From Neoechinorhynchus agilis (Eukaryota; Animalia; Acanthocephala): 64,000 nucleotides of DNA. Under the pieces are notes generated by a model. It was not told the origin of the DNA, searched no databases, and saw only the letters and a list, made by a program, of their open reading frames with translations. Numbering within the stretch: position 1 is the stretch's first letter; each line of letters begins with the position of its first letter. Location of the stretch: positions 14,362,784 through 14,426,783 of the forward strand of contig CM121341.1 in assembly GCA_051530055.1 (NCBI GenBank), written 5' to 3'. Of this stretch, positions 37,111 to 51,397 are shown piece by piece. The position numbers and the translations under genes were made by a program.

Positions 37111-37789
37111 AATTGGATTACGAGTGTGATTGGAAATGTAGTGAGTTTTTCCGTGGATAGAAACATGCCGTCGAACAGGCAACATTGATTTAAAAATAAA
37201 ATCATATCAATTTCTTCGTCATTAAACAACCTATAATTAGATCACAAATCGAAATTGATCAATAATCTTTATGAAAATCCCTACACAAAAACACCAAAGA
37301 TCAAGTTGTAGGGTATTATTTGAAAAAAATTTAAACAAAAAGATCGTCATATTGCTCTTCATACTCCGAAAATTAATTATAGGAAAGGTATTATCGTTAT
37401 TTAATCAGCGTTCAATATACATTCGTAAAAGAACTGAAAATTATTATCAGAAAATCAATTTTTCGACTTCTTCAACTGACTCTTAACAATGCGTTCGTCC
37501 TGTTTGCCCATTGAATCTTTAATTGTTGCCGTGGATTGATTGGCATCGACATAATGGAGGAGAATAATAATGCCGAAAACGACAAATCCGAGAACGTTGC
37601 ATCCCAGAACAACTTGAGCATCGGAAATCATTTTGATCGAATTAGCAATGCCGATGGCAATCTTTAAGTTTTATTTCTTCCGTGTCAAACGCATGCCTCA
37701 GGAAGGCATTAATGGTTGCAATGATCTTTTGAAAGGCATGAACACGGAAGTGTTTCAAACTATTTTCCAGGATGATGATGTAAAATATT

Positions 37790-38237
37790 ATTGGAATTCT
37801 TAGCGGCGAATCGCTCCCTCTTCACATGAGCACAACACTTGTAATCCTAATTCGTTTCATCTTCCTATACCTTGCACCCCACTATACCTACGCTCCTTTT
37901 TCCATGCTGCCCAATCTTCTCGGATATCATTACCTGAAATGAACCAGAGGAAAGAACAACCTCATAAGAGCTCCTGCAAGCAATAAAACACCAATTATCA
38001 CCAGAACTGACCTTCCAAACCGACTGGATATTGCTCCTGCAAGCAATAAAACACCAATTATCACCAGAACGGACCTTCCAAACCGACTGGATATTGCCAC
38101 CCGCCCGGACTCGTAATTCACTGCAAAATCAATAACCAGTTTCATTTATCCAAACAGAACTCGAGCGCTTATGAGGACCCAAGGGTACATGGGTCCTCTT
38201 CTTTGTGAATCAACAAATAAAACGTGTTATTATTATA
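37790..38237 (+). mobile_element. L2/CR1-like LINE 3' end with an internal ~58-bp tandem duplication
   Basis: Reads FHLPIPCTPLYLRSFFHAAQSSRISLPE. The segment gctcctgcaagcaataaaacaccaattatcaccagaac... is duplicated. Stem GAGGACCC/GGGTCCTC; tail TTATTATTAT. Confidence 0.8.
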
Positions 38238-38421
38238 CTCTCGTGGGATTTTAATTGACTAATTTATTACCGATATTTCACGTATAAATTAGTCAATTTA
38301 AATCCCACGAGAGTGGTATAACTAAGAGAAAAAGAAAGTATAATGGTAGCTATTTGTGTGTGAAAGCTCAGTAGAGTTCAAAATAGTGTAATATCCATAA
38401 AAATAGTCAAATCCTTTTTCT

Positions 38422-38667
38422 TCATTCGTACTCCTGTCGCTCAGTCTTGGACGACCGGGTATTATCCTTTTTTTTATCTTTTCCACTTTTCCATCCGAAA
38501 GCCGGGAAGATTTGTTTGCATCCATTGACACATCCGATCATATCGGCACCCATTACTTGTACTCCCCCGCCGTACGGACCTTCTTCAGAGCTGTTGGGAT
38601 TCCGAACAGGTCGTCCAAAGCAAGTCGTAATAATCGATGTTGAACATAGTAACACAACGACGAGCAT
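38422..38667 (-). CDS. Small (81-aa) putatively secreted protein of unknown function
   Basis: Hydrophobic start MLVVVLLCSTSIITTCFG, a CVNGC motif and a basic C-terminus. Begins about 146 nt after the NOA1 stop on the same strand. Confidence 0.4.
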   Translation of the reverse strand: MLVVVLLCSTSIITTCFGRPVRNPNSSEEGPYGGGVQVMGADMIGCVNGCKQIFPAFGWKSGKDKKKDNTRSSKTERQEYE

Positions 38668-38812
38668 TTCGGGATGATGTTTCCTAGTGAACAGGATGCA
38701 CTTATGTATTAGTGTGAAGAAACAATGTGACTCGTAGCATATGATTATTGCATAAAAGGAAACATCGGATAATGAGCTAGTGGAAAAGAAGCAAATAACA
38801 TTGACGGTTTTA

Positions 38813-41563
38813 TTATCGCTCAAGAAGACATGGCTCCAGCAATCGTTTCAGTCGCTTAGGTACATTGCCTGGTTCTTCGAATACGGGAATTCGTGGCTCA
38901 TATACCGGAGTTCCTTCAATCAATTCAGCACAAGTGCGACGCGGGTATCTCGAAAGGGGAGCACGCAAACACGTAACCGGGCCCACGTTTGATCGGGCCT
39001 TGATTTGCATTCTCTTGTTGGGTTTACAGATCGTTATCCATCCAATCATATTGATCACGATATCAGCAATCGCTCTTTTATTCGATTCTATTGGCTGGAT
39101 ATCGTGGATACATTCATGCTGGAAATTGCTCAATGCCATATGATCTGATCGAACAAGAGAAACCGGAACAGTTGATGGAAGGAACATGCTCAAACAAATG
39201 CTCTTTATATCTTCGGATATTCTCTCAATTGAAATAATGTCGTCAATCAACAGGCACCAATTTGGTCGAAGAAGGACGGTACACGGAACCGTGACTCCTT
39301 GGAAAGTCGTGACGGCATTTACTTTTTCACATAACTAAAAATATTGAGCAGTTTTGGTCCTAACAGAAACTTCGATCGGTTATTTGATGTAATGATTCGC
39401 TTCTAATCAACAGCCAAACTTAACTAGTTTTTTAAAAGACAAGCACAGGAAAATATAAGTGCCCGAATTAATCTAACAAAAAAATGTTTTGACAATTCAA
39501 TACTCAAAGCTTGTTGGCAATCAAAATTTTAAGCGGATTTAATCACTACATTCAAAAGGCGAAACTTTTTACTTGTAATTTGGTGGCATTTCGATTCATT
39601 CGCAAAAATAAAAACCAACATATTTGACTTTTTCAAATTGCCCGTATTACATAGAAACAAGATGTACGGACGAAATGTTTAAGAATAGCAGAAACAGTTA
39701 CAAACAATTTAAACGAATTACCTTTTGATTAGTAATGAATCCTGAAGTATCGTTGCACCACTTATACCGATCTTTTCCCAAAATAGCCGCCTTATCCAAA
39801 GTTTTGACTCTCCGGTTCCAATTTGTGTTAACTAGTTTAACTCTATGATCGTTCTGAGAGTGAAAACAGTTCAAGGCCTCTGTCATTGATTTGCTCGAAC
39901 TGTCATATGAGTACTGACATTCTGGCATCATTGGAAATTCGGATAGGACAGAAGGACTAGAAGTCGATCTTATGATACCTATTAAACCATATAATAATGC
40001 AGGATGACAAAAGAACCTACCTCGAATGCTCTCAACGTTTGTTCCGTCGCGTGAACGATTTCGCTGCATTGATTGCTTCACCTTCTCTTCTTTTTGTTGC
40101 TCAACAATGCGCTTATGTCGAGCTGCCGATATCGATCGAGAAGATCGTATTGGAAATCGTATTTCGTTTATAGTTGTTCCTTCGCGAGATTTTTAGCGTT
40201 AAACAGTGGTTAATCGTTATTTTTGCATATTAAATTCATATCTTATGGATATTTAACAATGCAGCAAAAACCCCATAAGGTTTCCAATTTCAAAAAATTT
40301 CGCTTTCTTGTTAAGCCCGATATTTATCTAATACTGCCTCCCAACGCAAATCGTTGAAAATTTAAAGTGGTTTAAACTTCTTTCAAAATCTTACTATATC
40401 GATAAATGCTCGAAAGGAATGAATTGCATGAGTAACCAGTAACTTTGAGGTAAAAAACATGATTTCATTAGATTGCTAACAATGAAATATTTTTATATTT
40501 TAGTCCAAAATGGCAATGTATTGATCTCGAAGGTTGGGTGTTAACAAACCTGGAATACTCGAGACGGTTGCCGGAAGGAGACAATGAAGTGCCAAACGTA
40601 GGCACAGATCGGACCTTTGTAGGGCATTGAAGAGTTCAGACTTTCCGGAATTCACATGCCCTAGTATAGTTAAAGAATCTAAGCATCAGTATAACAAAGA
40701 CCTGTTACCGTTTGCTATTTTTACCTGCGAATCGTACTGCTTTTAGGAGTTCACTAACAAGTAGTTCCACTCTATAAGCTGTCTTTGCGCTTATCAGACT
40801 CACGTGAGACACTTTATCTCTCATGATTCCTTTAGATTCCATGTTCTCAATCAAGCATTTTTCAATGTGCTTTTGGTAATCCCGCGAATCCTTAATAAAT
40901 ACATCGAACTTGTTTCCAACGACGAATATGGACATTTTCGCATTATTGTGTCTACAAAGCCTTTTCCAATTGTCAGAAATCGAAAATGGCATGTTTGTGA
41001 GATCGACGAGCAAAATGATAATGGGACTATGTGCGATCGATCAATCAACGAGCAATTTGATTGACTTAATCGGTTTTACTTGAAGTCACTAATTTCTCAA
41101 CGACATCCTTATCATCGTCTTCATAATTCCTGAGGTGATAATCCTCATTTATAACATGAGAGACTTGAGGACTGCTCAAAAGAAAGCATCGACGACATAA
41201 CATTAGACCGTTTAGATTTATCTTGCTAGTCATGTTCAGCTTATCGGCATCAATAAATCCAGGATCGTGTCGAGAGATAGGTTGGAACTTAGCGCCACAT
41301 CCAGAACAGGTTGCGTTTTTCCATTGAAATCCATTTTGAACTCGGCCTTCTTTAAGCCCACGTGGAGTCTCACGCATAGGATTGAGAATCGACGGAACAA
41401 ATAAATCACGCGGTATATACAACTCCTTCACTGACTCTTCGGTCGTTTCTACTGCATTTTGAGCTTTTGAGAAAGATGATCGAAAAGCCATATTTAATAA
41501 ACAAGGGCGAGGAGCGGATAGAGCTCGCTTTATTGAATTTAATGCAGCACTCTTCGCCAACAT
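38813..41563 (-). CDS. NOA1: Nitric oxide-associated protein 1 (mitochondrial circularly permuted GTPase), multi-exon
   Basis: Motifs CSGCGAKFQ...CRRC (Zn finger), LLVDL, VVGNKFD (G4), ISAKT (G5), ILGHVNSGKSELFNAL (G1), TVSSIPG|TTINEIRFP (G2), NDTSG (G3), IADIVINMIGWITI and LRAPL. Confidence 0.92.
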
Positions 41564-43090
41564 TTGTCTACAATTCCCGGGGATTTTCTACAACATAAAG
41601 TATATTGCGATCTAAAAGACTAATTTAAATACAGTGAAACTTCAATTATCCGAACGTCAATTATCTGGATCCCTAATGTTGTTCTGCTCAATTTCTGTTG
41701 CTAGAAAAGAACGAGAGACCTTGCAACGAAAAAAACGTACAGAAATCAAATAAGTGATTATTTTTAACAATAAAGCTAAAATTATGTAATTCTACCCCAA
41801 TTTCGCCTTCTTCTAAGACCACTTCCAAACGGGTTTTCGGTTATCCTTAAAAAATCTACTATCAAAAATGCTGTCCAGTCAAAATTAATTCGCGTCTAAA
41901 AACAATGGTTCTATTGTACTTTTAAAATCACAATTATTTTGGCAAACAATTTATCGATTTGTGAAAAAATCTATTCGATTATGGCGAAAAACTTAAAGTC
42001 GCTGTTTCTTCAATCCACTGCAACTGTGAAGATTCGAAAATCAATCGTACTGCAATAACTTTCATTAATCGATCTTGACTGAACAACCAAACAAATACCC
42101 AACGGTTTAAGGTGCCAATCTACACAGAAATCAAATATTTTCTTAAGAGCGGCGACACACCGCATACCAAAGTGCAAAATCTCAAATGTATCGAAACGCC
42201 GACTAAAATCTAATTTCCGAATTCAATCTTTCTGAGGAAATGGCGTTTTCGGAGACAAATTCATTAATCAAAGAATTATTTCTTCCGGTTACGCGTCCAT
42301 GTTTTCCTCGTTTCTTTTCAGCTTTAAGATACGTTATTCAAGTTTGGAATTTGGACGTAAGACTTGTTGCTTTCGTGGTTTTTTATTTTCATGTTTGCTA
42401 CTAGCTTTTCTTGCGGAATATTTCGCTCACTCGTGATGTTTTCACAACATTCTGAAAAGTTCATAAATTTTCAAGCTTTACTCCTTTGAGCTTTCCTTAA
42501 AGTGAAGTTTAGACAATAAAATCCTCATATTGTCGAAAATACTACTCACTATTGAAAATGGAAGCGTAGGCATTTAATCTTTTTTTTTCTAGTTTCGAAT
42601 TTTCAAAACAAGGTGATAAGCAATGCTTCTGCAAATGAAAGTTCCAATGATTCCCTGGCTTGGTACTTCCTTGATCTGGGTGGAGCCCTGAGTGGTGTTT
42701 GGCACCAACAAAACGGGTTGACTTGCTCACTTGCTTTGTTCTAACTCTACCTTTGTAGATCGCGTGTTTCGGAAATATCGGTCAAAAATAAACACTTGCT
42801 TAGATAAGTATAATCGAAAAGATAACATGCGGTTGAGAAATCACTCGGCAATCGCTTAGATAAAGACAATGGGAAAAAATATTCATTGAGGATGAACATT
42901 TTGTATTAAAAACAAAACTTAATTGTATTTAACTCAGCAAAAATTTGTGTGGTTATAGCGGAAAATTTGAAGAAATTTTATGATAACCGATATATTGGCA
43001 CAATCTCATGCCTTTATCAAGGTTGATTGTTAGTGTCTGCAGCGTAGATATGTACTTGGCACGAGATTGTGCCTTCGAAATATTGGATTT

Positions 43091-43937
<847 letters not shown>

Positions 43938-44546
43938 AATAAAATTCTATCAAATTTTCCGCCCAAATAAACATGAATCATTAAATCTTCAAAGAAAAAA
44001 TTGGTCTGAAGAAGTACCACGTAGAGGGCGAAACATTAAATTATTTTTCTTTATTTCGCCTTCATGAAAACAATCTATGGATAACATCTTTACAATTTTA
44101 ACTTGATTGACTCGTACGATTAACTCTCATTTTTTCATTTCATTGTCACAGCTCAATTTTCGGTCGAAATGTATCGATTCAAGCGTGATTCGGAGTACTC
44201 GAAATCCCAGTTTTGGTATTCGCTGAAATATTATTCCAAAATAAATTTGTTTTCAACCGCGTAAATTGCTAAAATAAGGACAATCGAAACGAAAACCGAA
44301 TGCTAAAAAGTATAAAAATTATATTTTATCTTTTAAACCACTTTTCATTTGTTAGGGTACGAAGAGGAGTAATTTAGGGTTAAACTGCTCATGGAATTCG
44401 TGACAATACCAGGGAATCTAGTATTTAGTTTCCCACTTAGAAATTCACTGAATTTTCATCGTTTTGTGCATTCTTCTAATAAAACTTATGAACAGAGGCG
44501 ATGTAAAATTTCATTTCGAAATCACATTTGCTTTTCAGATCGCTCG

Positions 44547-44789
44547 ATGAATAGTATAAGTCCCAATTGTCAAAGGATGAAGGAAGAATATGATCAATGT
44601 TTTAACGAATGGCTGTTGAATCATTATCTAAAGGGAGATTTCAGCAATCAAAACCCGTGCCGCGAACTCTTTACAAAATATCAGAAATGCGTGAAAGACG
44701 CTCTCAAGGAAAAGCACATAAATCTGAGCGGATTTGACAGTTTTGATACAATTAATGAATATGCTTCTCGTAGAAAGAGTAACAATTAA
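44547..44789 (+). CDS. TRIAP1: TRIAP1/Mdm35 twin-CX9C mitochondrial intermembrane-space protein
   Basis: Reads MNSISPNCQRMKEEYDQCFNEW...YLKGD...PCRELFTKYQKCVKDALKEK. Confidence 0.93.
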   Translation: MNSISPNCQRMKEEYDQCFNEWLLNHYLKGDFSNQNPCRELFTKYQKCVKDALKEKHINLSGFDSFDTINEYASRRKSNN

Positions 44790-44984
44790 CTGTTGTGAAA
44801 CCGATACAAAACAAAGTCGCCTTGTTTGCCCGTTATTTATGTGATTGCCTCAAAGAAACATTTGTGATATTGTTTTACCGACAGGAACTCTAATCTCGGA
44901 CAAAAGCTTGTACCTTTGGATATTCGTCACTTGTGTTACAATTTGCAGATCATATATAGAAATGAGGGTCGCTTTTTGGTTTAC

Positions 44985-45215
44985 TCAGCCCACGGCCATT
45001 CCCTCGATTAAAATACCATCATTGAACGATAAAAGTTCACATCGTTCAGCGAGTCCGTCGGGAAACAATTTTGATACGAATATGCCTTTGCTAACATGCT
45101 TAAACCTTGACCTTTTAAAATGTAACATCCAAGATTCATTTTAGTGTCATCCCTGTAAAGATGCACTTTGCGGCAAGTGGGAGGAAGAGTTCTAATGACA
45201 GAACCTACCACTTGG
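44985..45215 (-). pseudogene. Diverged inverted relic of the Par-6-like PDZ region
   Basis: Reverse complement aligns with 55290-55560 (cttgccgcaaagtgcatctttacagggatgacactaaaatgaatcttgg...) with indels. Confidence 0.8.
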
Positions 45216-45439
45216 AGATCATAAAGAAGCCGAATTGGAAGGAATGCTTAATATTAATTTATTAGCTGTGAAATTACTCTATCAATGATGTAATTTCAAT
45301 CTTTTGTCACGCCCTCCTGCACGTCAAACAAAATTCGTATAACACTAGTTTTTTGTGCGTATGTGACAGTGTGAAAATTTCTTTAAAAAATTCGTTTTAT
45401 TGCAAGAGCGAGTTAAAAAAATCGTAATTCTACTTAAAG

Positions 45440-45718
45440 ATGCAAAAGTGCATCGACTCCATCGCTATTCAACCGTAGCGGTCTAAAACGTGCAGCGAAT
45501 CAGAATGAAACTTATCTTCATCTCCGATCGCGTTTGGTTTCAGTGAAAAGTCGCTTTAACAATGAGTATTCACGATTCGCCGTAGACTTTAATCAATTTT
45601 CTGATTTCGAGGAGTTTAATCGATATGTTTGCGGTATGAATGGGATAGACATGGACACCTATGAATCAAAGAACAGCAGTTTTCATGTGTTTTACTCGGA
45701 TATTCGAAATCAGTCATC
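45440..45718 (+). pseudogene. Truncated Par-6-like 5' fragment (PB1 only)
   Basis: Copy of 54821-55098 with 2 nt missing from the A-run after the ATG. It ends by joining a diverged piece of the Cys-module gene 3' end (45717-45810). Confidence 0.85.
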
Positions 45719-46240
45719 GTTTTGATGCTCTTCATTCTCATCATCAATCTAAGCTACATCACCATTTTTAAATCTTTATTTTAAAACCCAGTGGTCGATA
45801 GGGTACCAAAAATATGTTCCAAAATTTGCAACGAATTTATGCTACAGAAACGATCAACAATTTCGCACAATGTTTTTTTATAAAGACTTCAAATTTATGG
45901 TACGATGGCTCAAATGTCTAGAAATGCAATAATTTATATATTGTTGAATTTATTGAACAATTATTTATGTAAGTTCGATCTCAGTGAATACTTAAAATTA
46001 AATTCCAAACCAATTTGACCATTGGATTGTGTTTCGTGGCTGCCGTTTCTTCATTTTCGAACAGTGGGTTAAACCTCGCTTCCAACTTCTAAGACTGGTA
46101 TTTTCCAATGTGCTATCAACAATGGTGATTTGTTTTGCATGAACAATATGATACATGTTTCCAATTATCGGAAATTGGGGATAGCCCCTCCTGTAACCAC
46201 CTAAGCGGTGCTGGTGATCCGAGAAATACAACCAGAATGC

Positions 46241-47359
46241 ATGTCTGCCGAGCATAATATTGTTGATGGAGTAGAGGGAGATAATGCATTGGATGCCCAG
46301 AGTAACCAACCATACATTGTCGCGAGAACGACTGTTGCAAATGCGAGGACTCGAGTTCGAAATAATTCATGGGGTCCATTTACGTACGCGGATTTAATCG
46401 AATCTGCAATATTAAAATTGTCAAAAATCTATTCATGGTTCGCCACAAATATTCCATACTTTTCTGAACGAACAACTGTGCAAGCCAGTAAACAGTGGAA
46501 GGTAAGCGTTGAAAATCATAGAGCACAAATATCGATTATTTTAGAATTCAATAAGGCACAATCTTTCTGGTCGCGATATGTTCAGAAAAATTCCGAATAG
46601 CAGGGGGATTGGTCCGTCACTGTGGATTATAGATCCTGAATACATCGCGAGCGGAACGACGAAGAGAACATGGAAAAGACCATCGAGAAATATACGTAGA
46701 AGAGGTCCATATGGATCCGTGTTTTCTCGACGTAGAGGAACAAGAGCTAATGAACGTAGAGTTCCAGCAAATCAAATACATGCCAGTGCTCCAAATCAGA
46801 CGAATCCGCCGGGTAAATTTGAATATCGTATTCACCGTATATTTAAATCTACATTTTAGGCTCGTATTATACTTCATGGACTCCATTGGAACAAGTAAAT
46901 ACTGCGGCTATGGGACAAAACATCCCATATATTCCACAACAAATGCCATTGCCGCATTTTAGTCAGCAAGCACCTCCATTAATAACAACATGGTTTCCTT
47001 ATGGCAGTGGTGGACTGCATCCGGTCGTTCATGGAGCTGTGCCAACCAATGACCTGTTTCAAGAACAAGGTCAGAATTGGTATGTACAACCGACGAACTA
47101 CGTCCACAATCAAAACTTAAACTACAATTTCGTTCAAAATGGACAACTGCACGTGAATTCAGCTGTGTCGTCGGCGAATACGTTCGAAGGTGGATATGTT
47201 TATCCGAATAACGCTGACCATTTCGTTTCTCGAGCAAACATGCACACCGGAGTTGAAGCCGAAAGGAACGCGCCCGAAAACGTTAACATTGCAGGATCTC
47301 TTTTCAATCGCAATCAACCAACTGTTTATTATCAAACCGATGGAGACACACGCCGATGA
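46241..47359 (+). CDS. FOXO: FoxO-like forkhead protein copy 1 (21-bp in-frame deletion in the forkhead domain)
   Basis: Reads RNNSWGPFTYADLIESAI-LKLSKIYSWF...WK|NSIRHNLS...LWIIDPE. Three exons with canonical introns. Lacks the QSSPQRA segment present in copy 3. Confidence 0.8.
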
Positions 47360-48109
47360 ACAGATCCAATGAGCACAAGTGACAAGATAACCAGGACGTA
47401 CTCGATTCCTACGAGGAAGGATGGTATTTTAGTAGCCCGAATAAATGTGGAAATTCATACAGATTCACTTGAGGCTTGTAGAGAGCATGGAATAGTTAAC
47501 CGATGGCTATCGCGATAAACTCATGATAGATTTACATGAATTCGAAAAAACGAATAACAGTTCAAAGCGTTTTTTTTATTAAAAAGAACAATGCAACGAC
47601 CGATATTAGGTGGAATCACAGAAAATAATACAATTATTAGCAATAAATGATCGATTTTAAATTATATCAACACTCGAAATCCGAGTTTTGGTATTCGCTA
47701 ATCTCATTATACGATCTCCATGTTGCACTTGAAGTTCTGACCTATATTGACGAAAATTTACTATCATTTGTCCTTCACTTTAACGGCCGTTAAAAAGACG
47801 CTGCTTATTTTTCTTCGCATTGAGTTTTAATGAATACTATAAAGTACCTTCACTCCTACGTTTTTCTTAATTGAACCTTATTCCTAATTTAAATTCCCAC
47901 TTCCTCATTCTTTTATACACGGTGCTAATTGCCAAAAAATAATATCGCATATTGCCGAATTCTGTACAAGTCGTAAGCCCTTAAAATCTGTTGTTTGTTG
48001 TCATATCTATGATTTAAATCACCAGTGGAAACCGGTGACAGTTTTAACCACTTAGTGTTTCACATAATTAACGTGCAAACAATTCTTATTTAATAAAGCG
48101 CAAATAACA

Positions 48110-51100
48110 TCACGATCGGCCGGAAAATAACTTCACGATATCGCTCCAATTTAGCTTGAAACGTAGTGAATCGCTTTGATGCTCTTCATTATCATCATCA
48201 ATCTTAGCTACATGACCATTTTTAAATCTTAATTTTAAAACCCAGTGGTCAACAGGGTGCCCGTGCTTATCTATACACATTCCTTTACACGCTTTCCTAC
48301 ATTGTGACAAATCAAATGATCTGTCGCTGTCCTTTTTAGTTTTACAGTCACGATCGCATTCAGTCTCGCATTGATTGTGATTTACGTATTGATTGATTTG
48401 TTCGGTGGCCGCTGTGCTTTTAGTACTTTGTTCTTCATCTACTTTATCTTCTTCAATCGTCCCTTCGCCTTTAAATGTACTTCTGGCTGGTTCCTCGTTA
48501 TTAGCCAATGTATTCATATCCTCACTATTACACTTTTCTTTACAAGATTTCATGCATATTGGCAAATCAAATGATCTGTCGCTGTCCTTTTTAGTTTTAC
48601 AGTCACGATCGCATTCAGTCTCGCATTGATTGTGATTTACGTATTGATTGATTTGTTCGGTGGCCGCTGTGCTTGGAGTACTTTGTTCTTCGTCTACTTT
48701 ATCTTCTTCAAGCGCCCCTTCGCCTTTAAATATACTTCTGGCTGGTTCCTCGTTATTAGCCAATGTATTTATATCCTCACTATTACACTTTTCTTTACAA
48801 GATTTCATGCATATTGACAAATCAACTGATTTGTCGCTGTCCTTTTCAAATTCACAATCACGATTGCATTCAGTCTCGCATTGATTGTTATTTCCTTCTT
48901 GATTGATTTGTTCGGAGGCTGCCGTGCTTGGCGTACTTTGCTCTTCGTCTACTATATCTTCTTCAATCGTCCCTTCGCCTTTAAATGTACTTCTGGCTGG
49001 TTCCTCGTTATTAGCCAATGTATTCATATCCTCACTATTACACTTTTCTTTACAAGATTTCATGCATATTGGCAAATCAAATGATCTGTCGCTGTCCTTT
49101 TTAGTTTTACAATGCCGATCGCATTCAGTCTCGCATTGATTGTGATTTACGTATTGATTGATTTGTTCGGTGGCCGCTGTGCTTGGAGTACTTTGTTGCT
49201 CGTCTACTTTATCTTCTTCAAGCGCCCCTTCGCCTTTAAATATACTTCTGGCTGGTTCCTCGTTATTAGCCAATGTATTTATATGCTCACTATTACACTT
49301 TTCTTTACAAGATTTCATGCATATTGACAAATAGACTGATTTGTCGCTGTCCTTTTTAAATTCACAATCACGATTGCATTCAGTCTCGCATTGATTGCTA
49401 TTTCCGTCTTGATTTATTTGTTCGGAGGCTGCTGTGCTTGGCGTACTATGCTCTTCGTCTACTTTATCTTCTTCAATCGTCCCTTCGCTCCTTTAAATGT
49501 ACTTCTGGCTGGTTCCTCGTTATTAGCTAATGTTTTCATATCCTCACTATTACACTTTTCTTTACAAGATTTCATGCATATTGGCAAATCAAATGATTCG
49601 TCGCTGTCCTTTTTAGTTTTACAGTCACGATCGCATTCAGTCTCGCATTGATTGTGATTTACGTATTGATTGATTTGTTCGGTGGCCGCTGTGCTTTTAG
49701 TACTTTGTTCTTCATCTACTTTATCTTCTTCAGCGCCCCTTCGCCTTTAAATGTACTTCTGGCTGGTTCCTCGTTATTAGCCAATGTATTTATATCCTCA
49801 CTATTACACTTTTCTTTACAAGATTTCATGCATATTGACAAATCAACTGATTTGTCGCTGTCCTTTTTAAATTCACAATCACGATTGCATTCAGTCTCGC
49901 ATTGATTGCTATTTCCGTCTTGCTTTATTTGTTCGGAGGCTGCTGTGCTTGGCGTACTTTGTTCTTCGTCTACTTTATCTTCTTCAAGCGCCCCTTCGCC
50001 TTTAAATATACTTCTGGCTGGTTCCTCGTTATTAGCCAATGTTTTCATATCCTCTACCTATTACACTTACAAGATTTCATGCATATTGACAAATCAACTG
50101 ATTTGTCGCTGTCCTTTTTAAATTCACAATCACGATTGCATTCAGTCTCGCATTGATTGCTATTTCCGTCTTGATTTATTTGTTCGGAGGCTGCTGTGCT
50201 TGGCGTACTATGCTCTTCGTCTACTTTATCTTCTTCAATCGTCCCTTCGCCTTTAAATATACTTCTGGCTGGTTCCTCCTTATTAGCCAATGTATTTATA
50301 TCCTCACTATTACACTTTTCTTTACAAGATTTCATGCATATTGGCAAATCAACTGATTTGTCGCTGTCCTTTTTAATTTCACAGTCACGATCGCATTCAG
50401 TCTCGCATTGATTGTAATCGCCCTGTTTATTGATTGTTTCCAAAGAAGTTATGAATGGTCCACGTTGTACGTCTTCACTTTTACCATTTTTTGTCACCTG
50501 ATTACTACCAAATATTTTTTCGACCGATTTGCCTCGATCTTTATAATTAGCAATACATTGCTTAATGCAAGGCCTAGAGCAATGAATGAGGTTCTCATTT
50601 GGAGACCACAAACATTTTTTTCTGCATTGATCTTTACATTTCTTAAACGTGTGCATTTGTTTACCTCTGGGGTAGTGTTTGAGGTGACCTAATAGTTTCA
50701 AATTCATTCGTTTCTTCTCCAATGATTCACTTAAATCGTTTTTGGTTGCTTTTGCGTTTTCGCAATGAGGCTGGCAGATTTTTTTTCTAGTGATTCTCAT
50801 ACAAGCAATAACGCAAGGATTTGAGCAGCCTATAAGATCACCGAATACGAAGGCATGGCATTTTGCCTCGCATTTTGAGTTGCAATTCATCAACCTTTTG
50901 CGGTTGTATTCAAATACATACCCAAGATCTCTTTCGAGTGGACTAATATATTGAAGATTTGATTGCGAATCATAGGTTCGTGATATGCCACTCAAGATGT
51001 TCTCAGTAAAACCTCTTCGTGAATTCTTTGCTTGCAAACTTCGCTTACTTCTCTGTGATACCTGCATTTTATCATAATATATGCAATCTTCGAAGCATGT

Positions 51101-51397
51101 GAGTAAACAATTGATCCATTCATCTAAATATTCTGTCCTGTTCAGGTGTTTTTTGTTCAAATGTTCGCAGTTTTGTTTACAGGTGCCATAACAAGGATGT
51201 CGTTTTGAACCACCCATTATGTTTGTTTCTCGTTGCTTTTCAAGAAACGTATCCGTCCTTCGCCCTGCTGAAGTTATGTCCCCCGCGTTTTCGATTGTAT
51301 CTCTCCATATATTTCTTCCTATATCTTGCGCCATTCCTGCTTGAAAAATTATGCAAAAACTGGTAAGCATATAAAACGCAATAATGCAAAATCTCAT
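48110..51397 (-). CDS. Secreted Cys-module repeat protein copy 1 (3 unique plus 9 repeated CX3CX3C-Xn-CX3CX3C modules), frameshifted in this assembly
   Basis: Signal-like start MRFCIIAFYMLTSFCIIFQAGMAQ; RSKR site. Repeat anchors (~255-bp period) at 48361, 48616, 48871, 49126, 49381, 49638, 49892, 50143 and 50398. Indels near 49500, 49730 and 50060. Confidence 0.8.
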
